Positions 21,704 through 30,738 of a stretch of DNA of 64,000 nt are shown in pieces. Each line of letters opens with the position of its first letter. Position 1 is the stretch's first letter. The DNA is taken from assembly GCA_963821525.1 (NCBI GenBank), contig CAWGED010000004.1:32001-96000 (forward strand), in the 5' to 3' direction. The DNA comes from an uncultured Gemmatimonadales bacterium (lineage in GTDB: Bacteria; Gemmatimonadota; Gemmatimonadetes; Gemmatimonadales; GWC2-71-9). The position numbers and the translations under genes were made by a program. The notes beneath the pieces are model-generated. The model did not search any database and was not told the DNA's origin. It saw nothing but the letters and a program-made list of their open reading frames with translations.

Positions 21704-23031
21704 GCACCGCCAATGACCCCACCCGCGACTACCCCCGCATCCTCGTCTCTCCGCCCGGTCCCAAGGGAAAGGCCGTCGTCGCCAAGGACGAGCAGTGGAC
21801 CTCCACCTCCTACATCAAGGAGTATCCCCTCGTCATCGCCGGCGGTAAGGGCGCCATGCTCGAGGACATAGACGGCAACCGCTACATCGATTTCATGGCC
21901 GGCATCGCCGTGTCGTCGACTGGGTACAACCATCCCAAGGTGGTCCAGGCCATCAAGGACGCCGCCGACCGGTTCCTGCATATCTGCGGGACGGATTTCT
22001 ACTTCGAGGGCTTCTCCAATCTCGCGGAGCGGCTGGCGAAGGTGGCACCCGGCAAGAGCAAGAAGCGGGTCTTCCTCTCCAATTCGGGCACCGAGGCGGT
22101 CGAAGGAGCGATCAAGCTCGCCCGGAATCACACTCGGCGTTCCGGTCTCATCGCCTTTCACCAGTCGTTCCACGGCCGCAGCTACGGAGCGATGAGCCTT
22201 ACCTCGAGCAAGGTGAAGCAACACGCCCATTTCGGACCGATGCTTCCCGAGGTCTATCACGTTCCCTTCGCCAATCCCTACCGGGCGGGCAGCGCCCAGG
22301 CGGCGATGGACCTGTCGCTCGGCGCGATTGAAGACCTGTTCACTCGGCAAATTCATCCCGAAGACGTCGCGGCGATCTTCGTCGAGCCGGTGCAGGGCGA
22401 AGGCGGCTACGTGATTCCCCCCGACGGCTATCTCACAGCACTCCGGGAGCTGTGCGACAAGCACGGCATCATGCTGGTCTTCGACGAGGTCCAGAGCGGT
22501 GTCGGCCGCACCGGCAAGATGTGGGCTTGCGACTGGGAAGGCGTCGAGCCCGACATCCTGGTCACGGCCAAGGGCCTGGCGTCCGGCATGCCGATCGGTG
22601 CCATGATCGCGAAGGAGTCGGTGATGACCTGGGAATCCGGCGCCCACGGTTCCACCTTCGGCGGCAATCCGGTCTGCTGTGCCGCCGCACTCGCGACACT
22701 CGACGTCGTGGAGCAGTCTTTGCCTCACGTACAGCAGATGGGTGAGCGGATGCTTTCGGGAGTGCGCCAGCTGCAGGAGAAATTTGCCTGCATCGGCGAT
22801 GTGCGGGGTCGCGGCCTCATGGTGGGTGTCGAGTTCGTGAAGGATCGCGCCTCCCGCGAGCCCTATCCCGAGCTCATCGATCGCATCACCGAGCGGGCCT
22901 TCCGCAAGGGATTGCTGCTGCTGGGCTGCGGAAAGAGCACGTTCCGCCTCGCACCACCCCTCGTGCTCGATGAGTACGATGTGGACACCGGGCTCGGTAT
23001 TCTGGAGGAGTGCCTGCGCGAAGAAGACTAA
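21700..23031 (+). CDS. Class III PLP aminotransferase (GABA/acetylornithine-like)
   Basis: SNSGTEAVE, FHGRS, EPVQGEGG, DEVQSG, TAKG and HGSTFGGNP. The frame is open back to CTG 21700. Confidence 0.9.
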   Translation: MSTANDPTRDYPRILVSPPGPKGKAVVAKDEQWTSTSYIKEYPLVIAGGKGAMLEDIDGNRYIDFMAGIAVSSTGYNHPKVVQAIKDAADRFLHICGTDFYFEGFSNLAERLAKVAPGKSKKRVFLSNSGTEAVEGAIKLARNHTRRSGLIAFHQSFHGRSYGAMSLTSSKVKQHAHFGPMLPEVYHVPFANPYRAGSAQAAMDLSLGAIEDLFTRQIHPEDVAAIFVEPVQGEGGYVIPPDGYLTALRELCDKHGIMLVFDEVQSGVGRTGKMWACDWEGVEPDILVTAKGLASGMPIGAMIAKESVMTWESGAHGSTFGGNPVCCAAALATLDVVEQSLPHVQQMGERMLSGVRQLQEKFACIGDVRGRGLMVGVEFVKDRASREPYPELIDRITERAFRKGLLLLGCGKSTFRLAPPLVLDEYDVDTGLGILEECLREED

Positions 23032-23051
23032 GCCGACGTAGATTCACGCCC

Positions 23052-25580
23052 ATGAGCCTCAGGTCTCCTTCCTGGCTCGTGGGCGTTTTTCTTTGGCTCA
23101 CAGTCGCACCACTCGCAGCTCAAACCGCTTCAGACACCACCGCAGGGGACACGACTGTGGTGGCTGGGGCCGGCTATGGACTCTACGGTCCATTGGGCTG
23201 GTTGCAGCGGTGGATTTTCGGATCCCGCCATCGGGAAATCTGGGCCGCTCCAGTTGAGGTCGAGCGGTTCGACCTCAACTCCGAAGCAGGTGGCCTCACT
23301 CCCATCGGTTCCGACAGCGGGGTCCGGTCCGGGGAGCTCTACCTCCGGGGCGCTGACGGGTCGCTCTACACCTTCAATCAGATTGCCGCCGATCTGAGCC
23401 ATTTTCTCCCCGTCGGCTTACACAACGACTTCGGTGCCGGGTTGGCTCAGGACCTGCAAAGCGGGCGGCATCCCGGGGCGCCCTTCGTGGTCCCGCCCCT
23501 CGCCGCTGCCACCGGGCTGGGTCCTCTGCCTACCGCGCGGCTTGGTGTGCTGCCGCAGGACTCCGGCCTCGATCGCTTCGGCACCCGGTTCAGTGGCACC
23601 GTGGGATTCCTGACTCCAGGCATCATCAGCCGCTTCCGTACCACGGCCGGTGTGGCCGACTCCGCCATCCCCTCGAGCGAGCTGATAGAGCTGCTCCAGT
23701 CGGAAAACCCGCCATCGGTAGACCACCAGGCGTACCTGCGAGAGCGGTTGTTCGACGTGTTCCTCGGCAATTGGGATCCGGTCCCGCAAGATTGGCTCTG
23801 GCTCCGCGACTCCTCAGGAGTCTGGAAACCCCGTCCACGGCCCCGGGATCTCGCCTTCATCCGCCTCGACGGGCTGGTCGCGGGGCTCGCGGGACAGCAA
23901 GTGCCGAACTTCGCCACTTTCAGCAAGGACTACGACACCCGCCTTGCGGTCACGACCCGGGAGCGGACTCTCGATCGCCGGATTCTCCCAACCCTGGATC
24001 GCGCCGCCTACGTCGCGACTGCCACTGCGCTGCAGGGCGAGCTGACCGATTCGGTGATCGAGGACGCGGTGAGCCGGATGCCCCGCTCATACTATGAGAA
24101 GGTGGGTGAAAAGCTGGTTCACGAACTGAAAACCAGGCGTGATCACTTGCCGGAGGCGGCGGAGCGATACTATCGCATCGTGATGAGCCAGGCCGACGTG
24201 TATGGCTCCGTTGGTGACGACACGGTAACGGCGAGCAGAGACGCCGACGGCACACTGGAGGTGGATGCGGGACCGAGATTCCGGGCGCGCTTCGACCCCA
24301 AACAAACCGATGAGGTGCGGCTCTACCTGTCCGAGGGCGAGGATCGCGTGCTTGTCCGCGGTGCTGGAGACAAAGGACCGACACTCGTGATCGGCGGGGG
24401 ACCGGGCGATGTCGTGGTCGACTCAACCGGGAGCGGTCGGCTGACGGTACACGACGCAGAAGACGTGAGCATCGAAACGCCGGGGAAGGTCAAGCGGGAG
24501 AAGGATCCACTTCTTCCGCCGACCTTTACCGACACGGCAAGTCAGGATCCACCCCCGCTCAAGCGCAACAAGGTCTCCTTCGTACCCTGGGTCGACCTGA
24601 ACTCCGATCTCGGCCTCTTCATCGGCGGCGGGCCGGTGCTGACCTCGTACGACTATGGCTACGACCCCTACAAGTCGAAGATCCGGGTCCGCGCCGCCTA
24701 CGCGACCGCTCCGCAGGACTTCGACGTGGACTTCCGGGGGGAGTTTCGGCGCAAAGGCAAAGGCTCGTACTTCCTGGTCGAAGCGGAGGCCTCGGCGGTC
24801 GAAGTGCTGAAGTTCTACGGTTACGGTAACGAGACCACGAGAATCAGCGATGATGACTTCTACAATACGGGGCAGGTGCTTTTCTCGGTGTACCCGTCGA
24901 TCGTGTTCCCCATCGCGCCGAGGAGCAACGTGAGGCTGGGGCCAGCCCTCAAATACGTCTCCACCGATCTCAGCGCCAATACTTTCATCGCGCAGGATCA
25001 CCCTTACGGCACCGATGGGTTCGGCCAGGTGGGCCTTCAGGGCTCCGTCATACACGACACTCGCGACTCGCCGAGGTTTGCGACGCGCGGCGTACTGCTC
25101 ACAGCGGGGAGCAGTTTCTATCCCGGGATATGGAGTGCCGAAGAAGCGTTCGGCGAGGTGGATGGATCGGCGGCGACTTATATCACCCCGACCCCGGATT
25201 TCACCGTCGGCCTCCGCCAGTCAGGCAAGTATGTCTGGGGGAAATACCCGGTGCACGAGGCCGCGTTCCTGGGTGGCTCCAAGACTGTTCGGGGCTACTC
25301 GAAGCAGCGCTACGCCGGCGACGCCGCCATTTATACCAACCTCGACGCCAAGCTCCGCGTCGGCACCATCCCGTTCGTCATGGTGTGGGACATGGGTCTT
25401 CAGGGCATCGCGGACGTGGGGCGGGTGTTCCTTTCGGGAGAAACTTCCGACGTCTGGCATTACGGCATCGGTGGAGGCATGTGGGCCGCGCTGCCGGACA
25501 AGAGCTTCATGGGACTCTTCACAGTCACCTGGAGCGATGAACGGACGACATTCTGGGGTGGGATTGCGTTCATTTTCTAG
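23052..25580 (+). CDS. BamA/TamA (Omp85) family outer-membrane protein with a large N-terminal domain
   Basis: Signal peptide, C-terminal barrel with LGGSKTVRGY, and a terminal Phe. Confidence 0.75.
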   Translation: MSLRSPSWLVGVFLWLTVAPLAAQTASDTTAGDTTVVAGAGYGLYGPLGWLQRWIFGSRHREIWAAPVEVERFDLNSEAGGLTPIGSDSGVRSGELYLRGADGSLYTFNQIAADLSHFLPVGLHNDFGAGLAQDLQSGRHPGAPFVVPPLAAATGLGPLPTARLGVLPQDSGLDRFGTRFSGTVGFLTPGIISRFRTTAGVADSAIPSSELIELLQSENPPSVDHQAYLRERLFDVFLGNWDPVPQDWLWLRDSSGVWKPRPRPRDLAFIRLDGLVAGLAGQQVPNFATFSKDYDTRLAVTTRERTLDRRILPTLDRAAYVATATALQGELTDSVIEDAVSRMPRSYYEKVGEKLVHELKTRRDHLPEAAERYYRIVMSQADVYGSVGDDTVTASRDADGTLEVDAGPRFRARFDPKQTDEVRLYLSEGEDRVLVRGAGDKGPTLVIGGGPGDVVVDSTGSGRLTVHDAEDVSIETPGKVKREKDPLLPPTFTDTASQDPPPLKRNKVSFVPWVDLNSDLGLFIGGGPVLTSYDYGYDPYKSKIRVRAAYATAPQDFDVDFRGEFRRKGKGSYFLVEAEASAVEVLKFYGYGNETTRISDDDFYNTGQVLFSVYPSIVFPIAPRSNVRLGPALKYVSTDLSANTFIAQDHPYGTDGFGQVGLQGSVIHDTRDSPRFATRGVLLTAGSSFYPGIWSAEEAFGEVDGSAATYITPTPDFTVGLRQSGKYVWGKYPVHEAAFLGGSKTVRGYSKQRYAGDAAIYTNLDAKLRVGTIPFVMVWDMGLQGIADVGRVFLSGETSDVWHYGIGGGMWAALPDKSFMGLFTVTWSDERTTFWGGIAFIF

Positions 25581-25581
25581 A

Positions 25582-25710
25582 GGTTCGACGGTTGGACGGT
25601 TGGACGGTTCGTGGATTCGATAGACAAGAACGCCTTTGGATCGCACGGGGCCACCCGTCACAGGCGAACCGCCAAACCGTCGAACCGTCGAACCGCCGAA
25701 CCGCCTAACC
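25582..25710. repeat. Inverted octamer tandem repeats (GACGGTT[C/G] / [C]GAACCGT[C]) between convergent genes
   Basis: Seen directly. Could fold into a long hairpin. Confidence 0.75.
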
Positions 25711-26862
25711 TTACAAATACCCCAACCACCCCGCCCTCGATCTCGCCTTGAGCCCCGCAAACCACCGACACGGCAAATACAGAATGCCCACGGCGATCGC
25801 GAACACCAGATAGAGCAGGCCCAGATTCCACATGTACCCGTCGGGCAGATCTCCGGGGCGCATTGGATGATTGGTGAAGAGCCAGGGGTTCACCTGGCCT
25901 TCGCGGATCAGGGACACCCCGCAGGCCAGTGCGTGGATGAGGGGGATGTGTAGCAGGTAGTAGAACAGAGGCACTCTTCCGAAGACCGCAAGAAAGTCGG
26001 CGACCCGGCCCCGGGCATGCTCGAGCAGCGGAATCGCAGCGATCGTGGGGCCTAGGGTCATGAGCAGAAACTGGAGCGACGCCGGATACTTGGTCGTGTT
26101 CAGGAAGGAGAGCGGTGCCGGCATCCTGGAGCCTTCCCAGTGCCGAGGATCTCCGTAGAGATTGAATCCCCGCAGGATCAGGAACGCCGCGATTGCACCC
26201 AGGCCGATTGCGTAACAAGTCCGGCGACGCCGCTCGGGCTCCCACCCCAGCACTGCTCCGAAGGCATAACCCAGTGCCATCACCGCGACCCACGGGATCA
26301 GGACATAGAGAATGACGAGGGGCGGCCCGCCCGCGCCCAGCTGGACCTCGCCACCCAGGTAGAGCACCCGCCAGAGCCAGAACGGAGCCGGCCCTTCCGG
26401 GTTCAGGTTTGCGACCACCGGATCGAGCAGGTTGTGTCCCGCCACGACCAGCGCTCCCAGCGCCGCGATCGCAGGTAGCGGCAGCCACACGAGCCCGGCA
26501 AGCACGATCATGGACCAGCCGATGGCCCAGATCACTCCCGCCAGCAGGTAGTGAGCGAAATCGAAATTGAAGGTCCAGCTGATTCGGATGATGGTCAGCT
26601 CGAGCAGGATGAGCCACGCGCCGCGGATCAGGAGGAAGCGGGAGAGTGCGGGACGGTTGCCGAGCTTTTTCCCCAGTAGAAATGCGCTGGTCCCGGCCAG
26701 GAAGACGAAGGCCGGAGCGCAAAAGTGGGTGACCCATCGGGTAAAGAAGATTCCCGGTGTGGGGCCTCCGGGCGGGAGCCCGGAGTAGACCCGCACGTGG
26801 TCGATCGCCATCAGTACCATCACGAGGCCGCGGATGATGTCAACCGCGACGATGCGCCTCAT
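25711..26862 (-). CDS. DUF1624 / heparan-alpha-glucosaminide N-acetyltransferase-like membrane protein
   Basis: Motifs DIIRGLVMVLMAIDH, TRWVTHFCAPAFVFLAG and KYPASL. Confidence 0.85.
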   Translation of the reverse strand: MRRIVAVDIIRGLVMVLMAIDHVRVYSGLPPGGPTPGIFFTRWVTHFCAPAFVFLAGTSAFLLGKKLGNRPALSRFLLIRGAWLILLELTIIRISWTFNFDFAHYLLAGVIWAIGWSMIVLAGLVWLPLPAIAALGALVVAGHNLLDPVVANLNPEGPAPFWLWRVLYLGGEVQLGAGGPPLVILYVLIPWVAVMALGYAFGAVLGWEPERRRRTCYAIGLGAIAAFLILRGFNLYGDPRHWEGSRMPAPLSFLNTTKYPASLQFLLMTLGPTIAAIPLLEHARGRVADFLAVFGRVPLFYYLLHIPLIHALACGVSLIREGQVNPWLFTNHPMRPGDLPDGYMWNLGLLYLVFAIAVGILYLPCRWFAGLKARSRAGWLGYL

Positions 26863-27335
26863 TGCCCGCTGGGCCCCGCGTCCAGATGCCAGCCGGGATG
26901 GATCCACCGGCCGTTCTTCTTCACGAAGACTTCGGTCGCCCGGCCGGCGTCTTTCATGGTCTTGTCTCCCACCTGGTATTCGACGACGTAGCGCGAGTAG
27001 AGGATCGCGACATCGCCGTACAACTGGATATCGGTGTGCGGAAACTCGACCTTGATCAGCTTCCCGCCACCCTGGACGAAGCCGGCCGCGCTCTGCATGG
27101 TGCCGGGTTTGGTCTGCCAGTTGTCGTCTTCCGCACTGATGGCGATGAGCTCTGGCGCGATGATTTCATTCATGCGCTTCTGATCGTTGTTGAACCAGGC
27201 CACCCAGACGTCTTGGCGCACCTTCTCCAGCTCGGTACGTACGGAGGATGACACTTGCTCGGCCTGCGCATGAGCCGGGCTGGTATTCAGGAGCAGGGCG
27301 GTGACCAGACCCGCCAGCAGGAACCGCGGTCGCAT
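26859..27335 (-). CDS. Secreted NTF2-like (DUF4440) protein
   Basis: Signal peptide and a GRATEVFVKKNGRW C-terminus. Confidence 0.75.
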   Translation of the reverse strand: MRPRFLLAGLVTALLLNTSPAHAQAEQVSSSVRTELEKVRQDVWVAWFNNDQKRMNEIIAPELIAISAEDDNWQTKPGTMQSAAGFVQGGGKLIKVEFPHTDIQLYGDVAILYSRYVVEYQVGDKTMKDAGRATEVFVKKNGRWIHPGWHLDAGPSGQ

Positions 27336-27342
27336 TGGAACC

Positions 27343-28923
27343 CTACCCTTCAATCACCGTCCGGCTCTGTTCTCGGGCAAACTGCTGCACATACCAGGGC
27401 CCGCAGCCACCCTTTCCTGACGAGCCGGATCCTTTCCAGCCACAGAACGCCTGAGCGCCGGGCCAGGCTCCGGTGGTGGCACCGGTCCGCTTGTTCACGT
27501 AGCAGACTCCGGCCTCGATCTCGTCGAAGAAGCGATCGATCTCTTCCTTCTTCTGGCTGAAGAATCCCGCGGTAAGGCCATACTCTGCCTTGTTCGCCTC
27601 GGTCAGGGCCTCGTCGAGACTCCCCACTTCGCCGATGGCGAGGAACGGCACGAACAGCTCCTCGAAGAAGAGCGAGCTCTTGAGCGGCAGCGAGGCGATG
27701 GTGGGCGCCACGAAGTGGCCCTTGTCGAACACGCCGCCTTTGAGCCGCTCGCCCCCGGTGAGGATCTTCCCTTCTCCCTTGGCCTGATCCACCGCCCCCT
27801 GCCACCGGTTGACCGCCTTTGCGTTGATCACCGGGCCGAAGTACACGTCCTTCTGGGATACGTCTCCCATGACCATCGCCTTGGTACGCTCGAGCAGCTT
27901 GGCGACGAACGGCTGGGCCACTGCGCGATGCACGTAGACCCGGCTCGTGGCGCTGCATTTCTGGTTCTGGAGGCCGAACGCGGATTTCATCACGCCCTCG
28001 GCTGCGGCATCGAGATCGGCCGAATCCATCACGATTACCGCATTCTTGCCGCCGAGCTCCATCAGGCAGGGCTTGACCCACTTCTGGCTGATGCCGTGGT
28101 GGATCCGCATGCCGACTTCTTTTGAGCCGGTGAACACGACACCATCGGTCAGGGGATGCTGCCAGAGCGGATCGCCGATCTCGCGGCCGTGACCGCTGAC
28201 GAAGTTGAACGCACCGGCGGGCACCCCGGCGTCCCGATATACCTCGTACAGCTTGAGTCCGGTCCACGGGGTGTCTTCGGCCGGCTTGTACACCACCGCA
28301 TTCCCGGCCAGCAGCGCCGCCGAGGACATGCCCGTCGATAGCGCCAGCGGGAAGTTGAACGGTGCGATGCACACGAAGACGCCGTAGGGCCGGAGCATCT
28401 CGGTGTTCTTTTCGACCGGAGTCATCTTCGCCATGGGACGGGTGAAGCCGTCGGTCTCCTCGACCTGGAGTGCGTAGTACTCGATCAGGTCGGCGGACTC
28501 TTCGGCGTCTCCCATGGCCTCGAAGCGGGACTTGCCGACCTCGAGGCTCATCACCGCCGCGAGATCGAACTTCCGCTCCCTGATCAGCTCCGCCGCCTTC
28601 CGGAGGATCGCCACCCGTTCCTGCCACGGCCGCTTGGCCCACGCCTTCTGCGCGGTGTGAGCAGCCTTCACCGCCTGATCGACGTGCTCAGCCGTGGCAC
28701 ACGCGAAGCGGCCCAGCACGAGACCGGTATCGATCGGGGAGACGTCCACGATCGGTTCCTGTCCCGGCGATTCCACCGGCTTGCCGTTGATGTAGAGCGG
28801 ATAGCTCCGGCCGGCTGCGGCTCGAACCGCCGCCAACGCGTCGTCATACGCCTTGTGAAAGGCGGTGAGGTCGACGTTGGTGCTGGTGTAGGTGACTTTT
28901 TGCTGGGGTGCTGTGGCGGTCAT
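27343..28923 (-). CDS. Aldehyde dehydrogenase (P5C dehydrogenase-like)
   Basis: APFNFP, FTGS, ELGGKN, QKCSA (catalytic Cys) and EELFVP. Confidence 0.9.
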   Translation of the reverse strand: MTATAPQQKVTYTSTNVDLTAFHKAYDDALAAVRAAAGRSYPLYINGKPVESPGQEPIVDVSPIDTGLVLGRFACATAEHVDQAVKAAHTAQKAWAKRPWQERVAILRKAAELIRERKFDLAAVMSLEVGKSRFEAMGDAEESADLIEYYALQVEETDGFTRPMAKMTPVEKNTEMLRPYGVFVCIAPFNFPLALSTGMSSAALLAGNAVVYKPAEDTPWTGLKLYEVYRDAGVPAGAFNFVSGHGREIGDPLWQHPLTDGVVFTGSKEVGMRIHHGISQKWVKPCLMELGGKNAVIVMDSADLDAAAEGVMKSAFGLQNQKCSATSRVYVHRAVAQPFVAKLLERTKAMVMGDVSQKDVYFGPVINAKAVNRWQGAVDQAKGEGKILTGGERLKGGVFDKGHFVAPTIASLPLKSSLFFEELFVPFLAIGEVGSLDEALTEANKAEYGLTAGFFSQKKEEIDRFFDEIEAGVCYVNKRTGATTGAWPGAQAFCGWKGSGSSGKGGCGPWYVQQFAREQSRTVIEG

Positions 28924-28958
28924 GGTTCTCTCCTGACAGTGATGCGGAAATCCGTAAG

Positions 28959-29038
28959 AGGGAGTAGGGAGTAGGTGGTAGGGTATAGGGCGTGATATCG
29001 AGAGACGCCCTACTCCCTAAACCCTACTCCCTACTACC
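28959..29038. repeat. Inverted heptamer repeats AGGGAGT / ACTCCCT forming a hairpin
   Basis: Seen directly. Overlaps the stop of the aminotransferase gene. Confidence 0.75.
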
Positions 29039-30406
29039 TGCTGCGGACTCCCCGTGACTCTCTGCAGTGCGCCAGCGAACCGTCGCACTAATTCGTCTAT
29101 CTCTTCCTCGGTTATCACAAACGGGGGCGCCAGCAGCGCGAGGTCTCCGTCGGTACCGTTGGCCTGTCCTACGTTGGGCCAAACCATCAGCCCTTCCTCC
29201 AAAGCGGCATCGGCAAATCGCTCGGCGAATTTTTGCTTCCGAGGGAAGGCGGTGCGGCTGCCCTTGTCCTCCACGAACTCGATGCCGGCGAGGAGGCCTT
29301 TGCCACGAACGTCTCCAACATGCGGCAGGTCGCGCAGTTGCTCCAGCTTTTTATGAAAGCTGCGTCCCATCTCGGCACACCGCTCGACCAGGCCATTCCT
29401 CTTGATGTAGCGCACCGCTGCGAGGCCCGTCGCGCAGAGCGTCGGGTGATGCGAGAAGGTCTGGGCATGAAGCAGACTGCCTGAGCCTTTCGCGATCGGA
29501 TCGAGCAGCCGGGTCGGAGCGAGAACCGCCGAGAGTGGCGCGTAGCCGCCGGTGATCCCCTTCCCCAGCACCTGGATGTCCGGTATCACGCCGTACGGCT
29601 CGATCGCGGACCAGGTTCCGGTGCGACCGGCGCCCGAGAGAACCTCATCGGCGATGAACAGCACCTTGTATTTGTCGCAGATCTCGCGAACCTGGCGGAA
29701 ATATCCCGGCGCAGGAACCGATGCTCCGGTCGAGCTTCCGCCCACTGGTTCGGCAATGAAGGCAGCCACGTTCTCCGGTCCGGCGCGGAGGATCGCATCT
29801 TCCAGGACCGAGCCACTGCAGATCGGACATGCGGGAACCCCGGCTTTCGCCTCAGTCCTCAGTCCTCCGCACTCGCACCTGTAGCTGTAGGGCGCCGGAA
29901 TCCGCGACGACGTCCACCAGCCATTCGCGGTAGTAAGTCTTGTAGTGCTCCCTGGCGGACGCCGACAGCGCCAGGAGCGTATTGCCATGATATGCGGGGA
30001 ACAGAGCGATGATCTTGTGCTTGGACGGCTTGCCGGTTTCCACCCAGTATTGCCGAGCCAGCTTGAGCGCGGCTTCGACGGCCTCGGACCCGCTGGAGAG
30101 GAAGTAGGCCTTCTTGAGATCTCCCGGTGCCAGGGCGGCAAGCTCAGCGGCAAGCTCTTCGACCGGCTGGCTGGTGAACGCCGTTCCGTTAAGGTAGGCG
30201 ATCTTCGAGGCCTGCTCCGCCATGGCGGCGGCGATCTCCCGGACGCCGTGGCCGATGTTGGCGACGAAGGCGCCGCCGGATCCATCGAGATAGCGCTTCC
30301 CCTCTTCATCGATCAGCCAGCAGCCCTCTCCCTTGGTGACAAGGGGAAAACGCCGGTTGAGCTTCCGGTAGAAGACGGGCGAGTCGGGATACTGGTGGAG
30401 TGACAT
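29017..30406 (-). CDS. Class III PLP aminotransferase (BioA/YodT-like; frameshift near 29900)
   Basis: YLDGSGGA, SSGSEAVE, YHGNT, AEPVGG, ADEVLSG and LGKG. Confidence 0.9.
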
Positions 30407-30502
30407 TGGGCGGAGAAATTTGGTTCTCTGATGGGTGATTTACTAGGGGGGCTAAAAGCCGTTGCGGCCTGCACTTAGCGAAAGGGAATATCGGGTCAGG
30501 AA

Positions 30503-30677
30503 ACGCGGAGACGCAGAGGGCACAGAGGGAGCCGCCGACCCTAAGCCTGCGCTGAGCTAATGATCAATCCCTATCTCTCTTGTCCGTTGGAAAACACGAG
30601 ACACAAAGGAGACGGAAACCTGAAACGACGAGACCAACTTGGATCGGGGCCCTCTGTGCTCTCTGCGCCTCTGCGTT
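30503..30677. repeat. Inverted 9-mer-like repeats (ACGCAGAG/CACAGAG ... CTCTGTG/CTCTGCG)
   Basis: Seen directly. A similar element lies at 56255-56500. Confidence 0.6.
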
Positions 30678-30738
30678 TGCAGTAAAGGGACAGAAGTGCA
30701 GTAGGCAGCACCTACGAGCGACCAACAGAGCCATGCCG

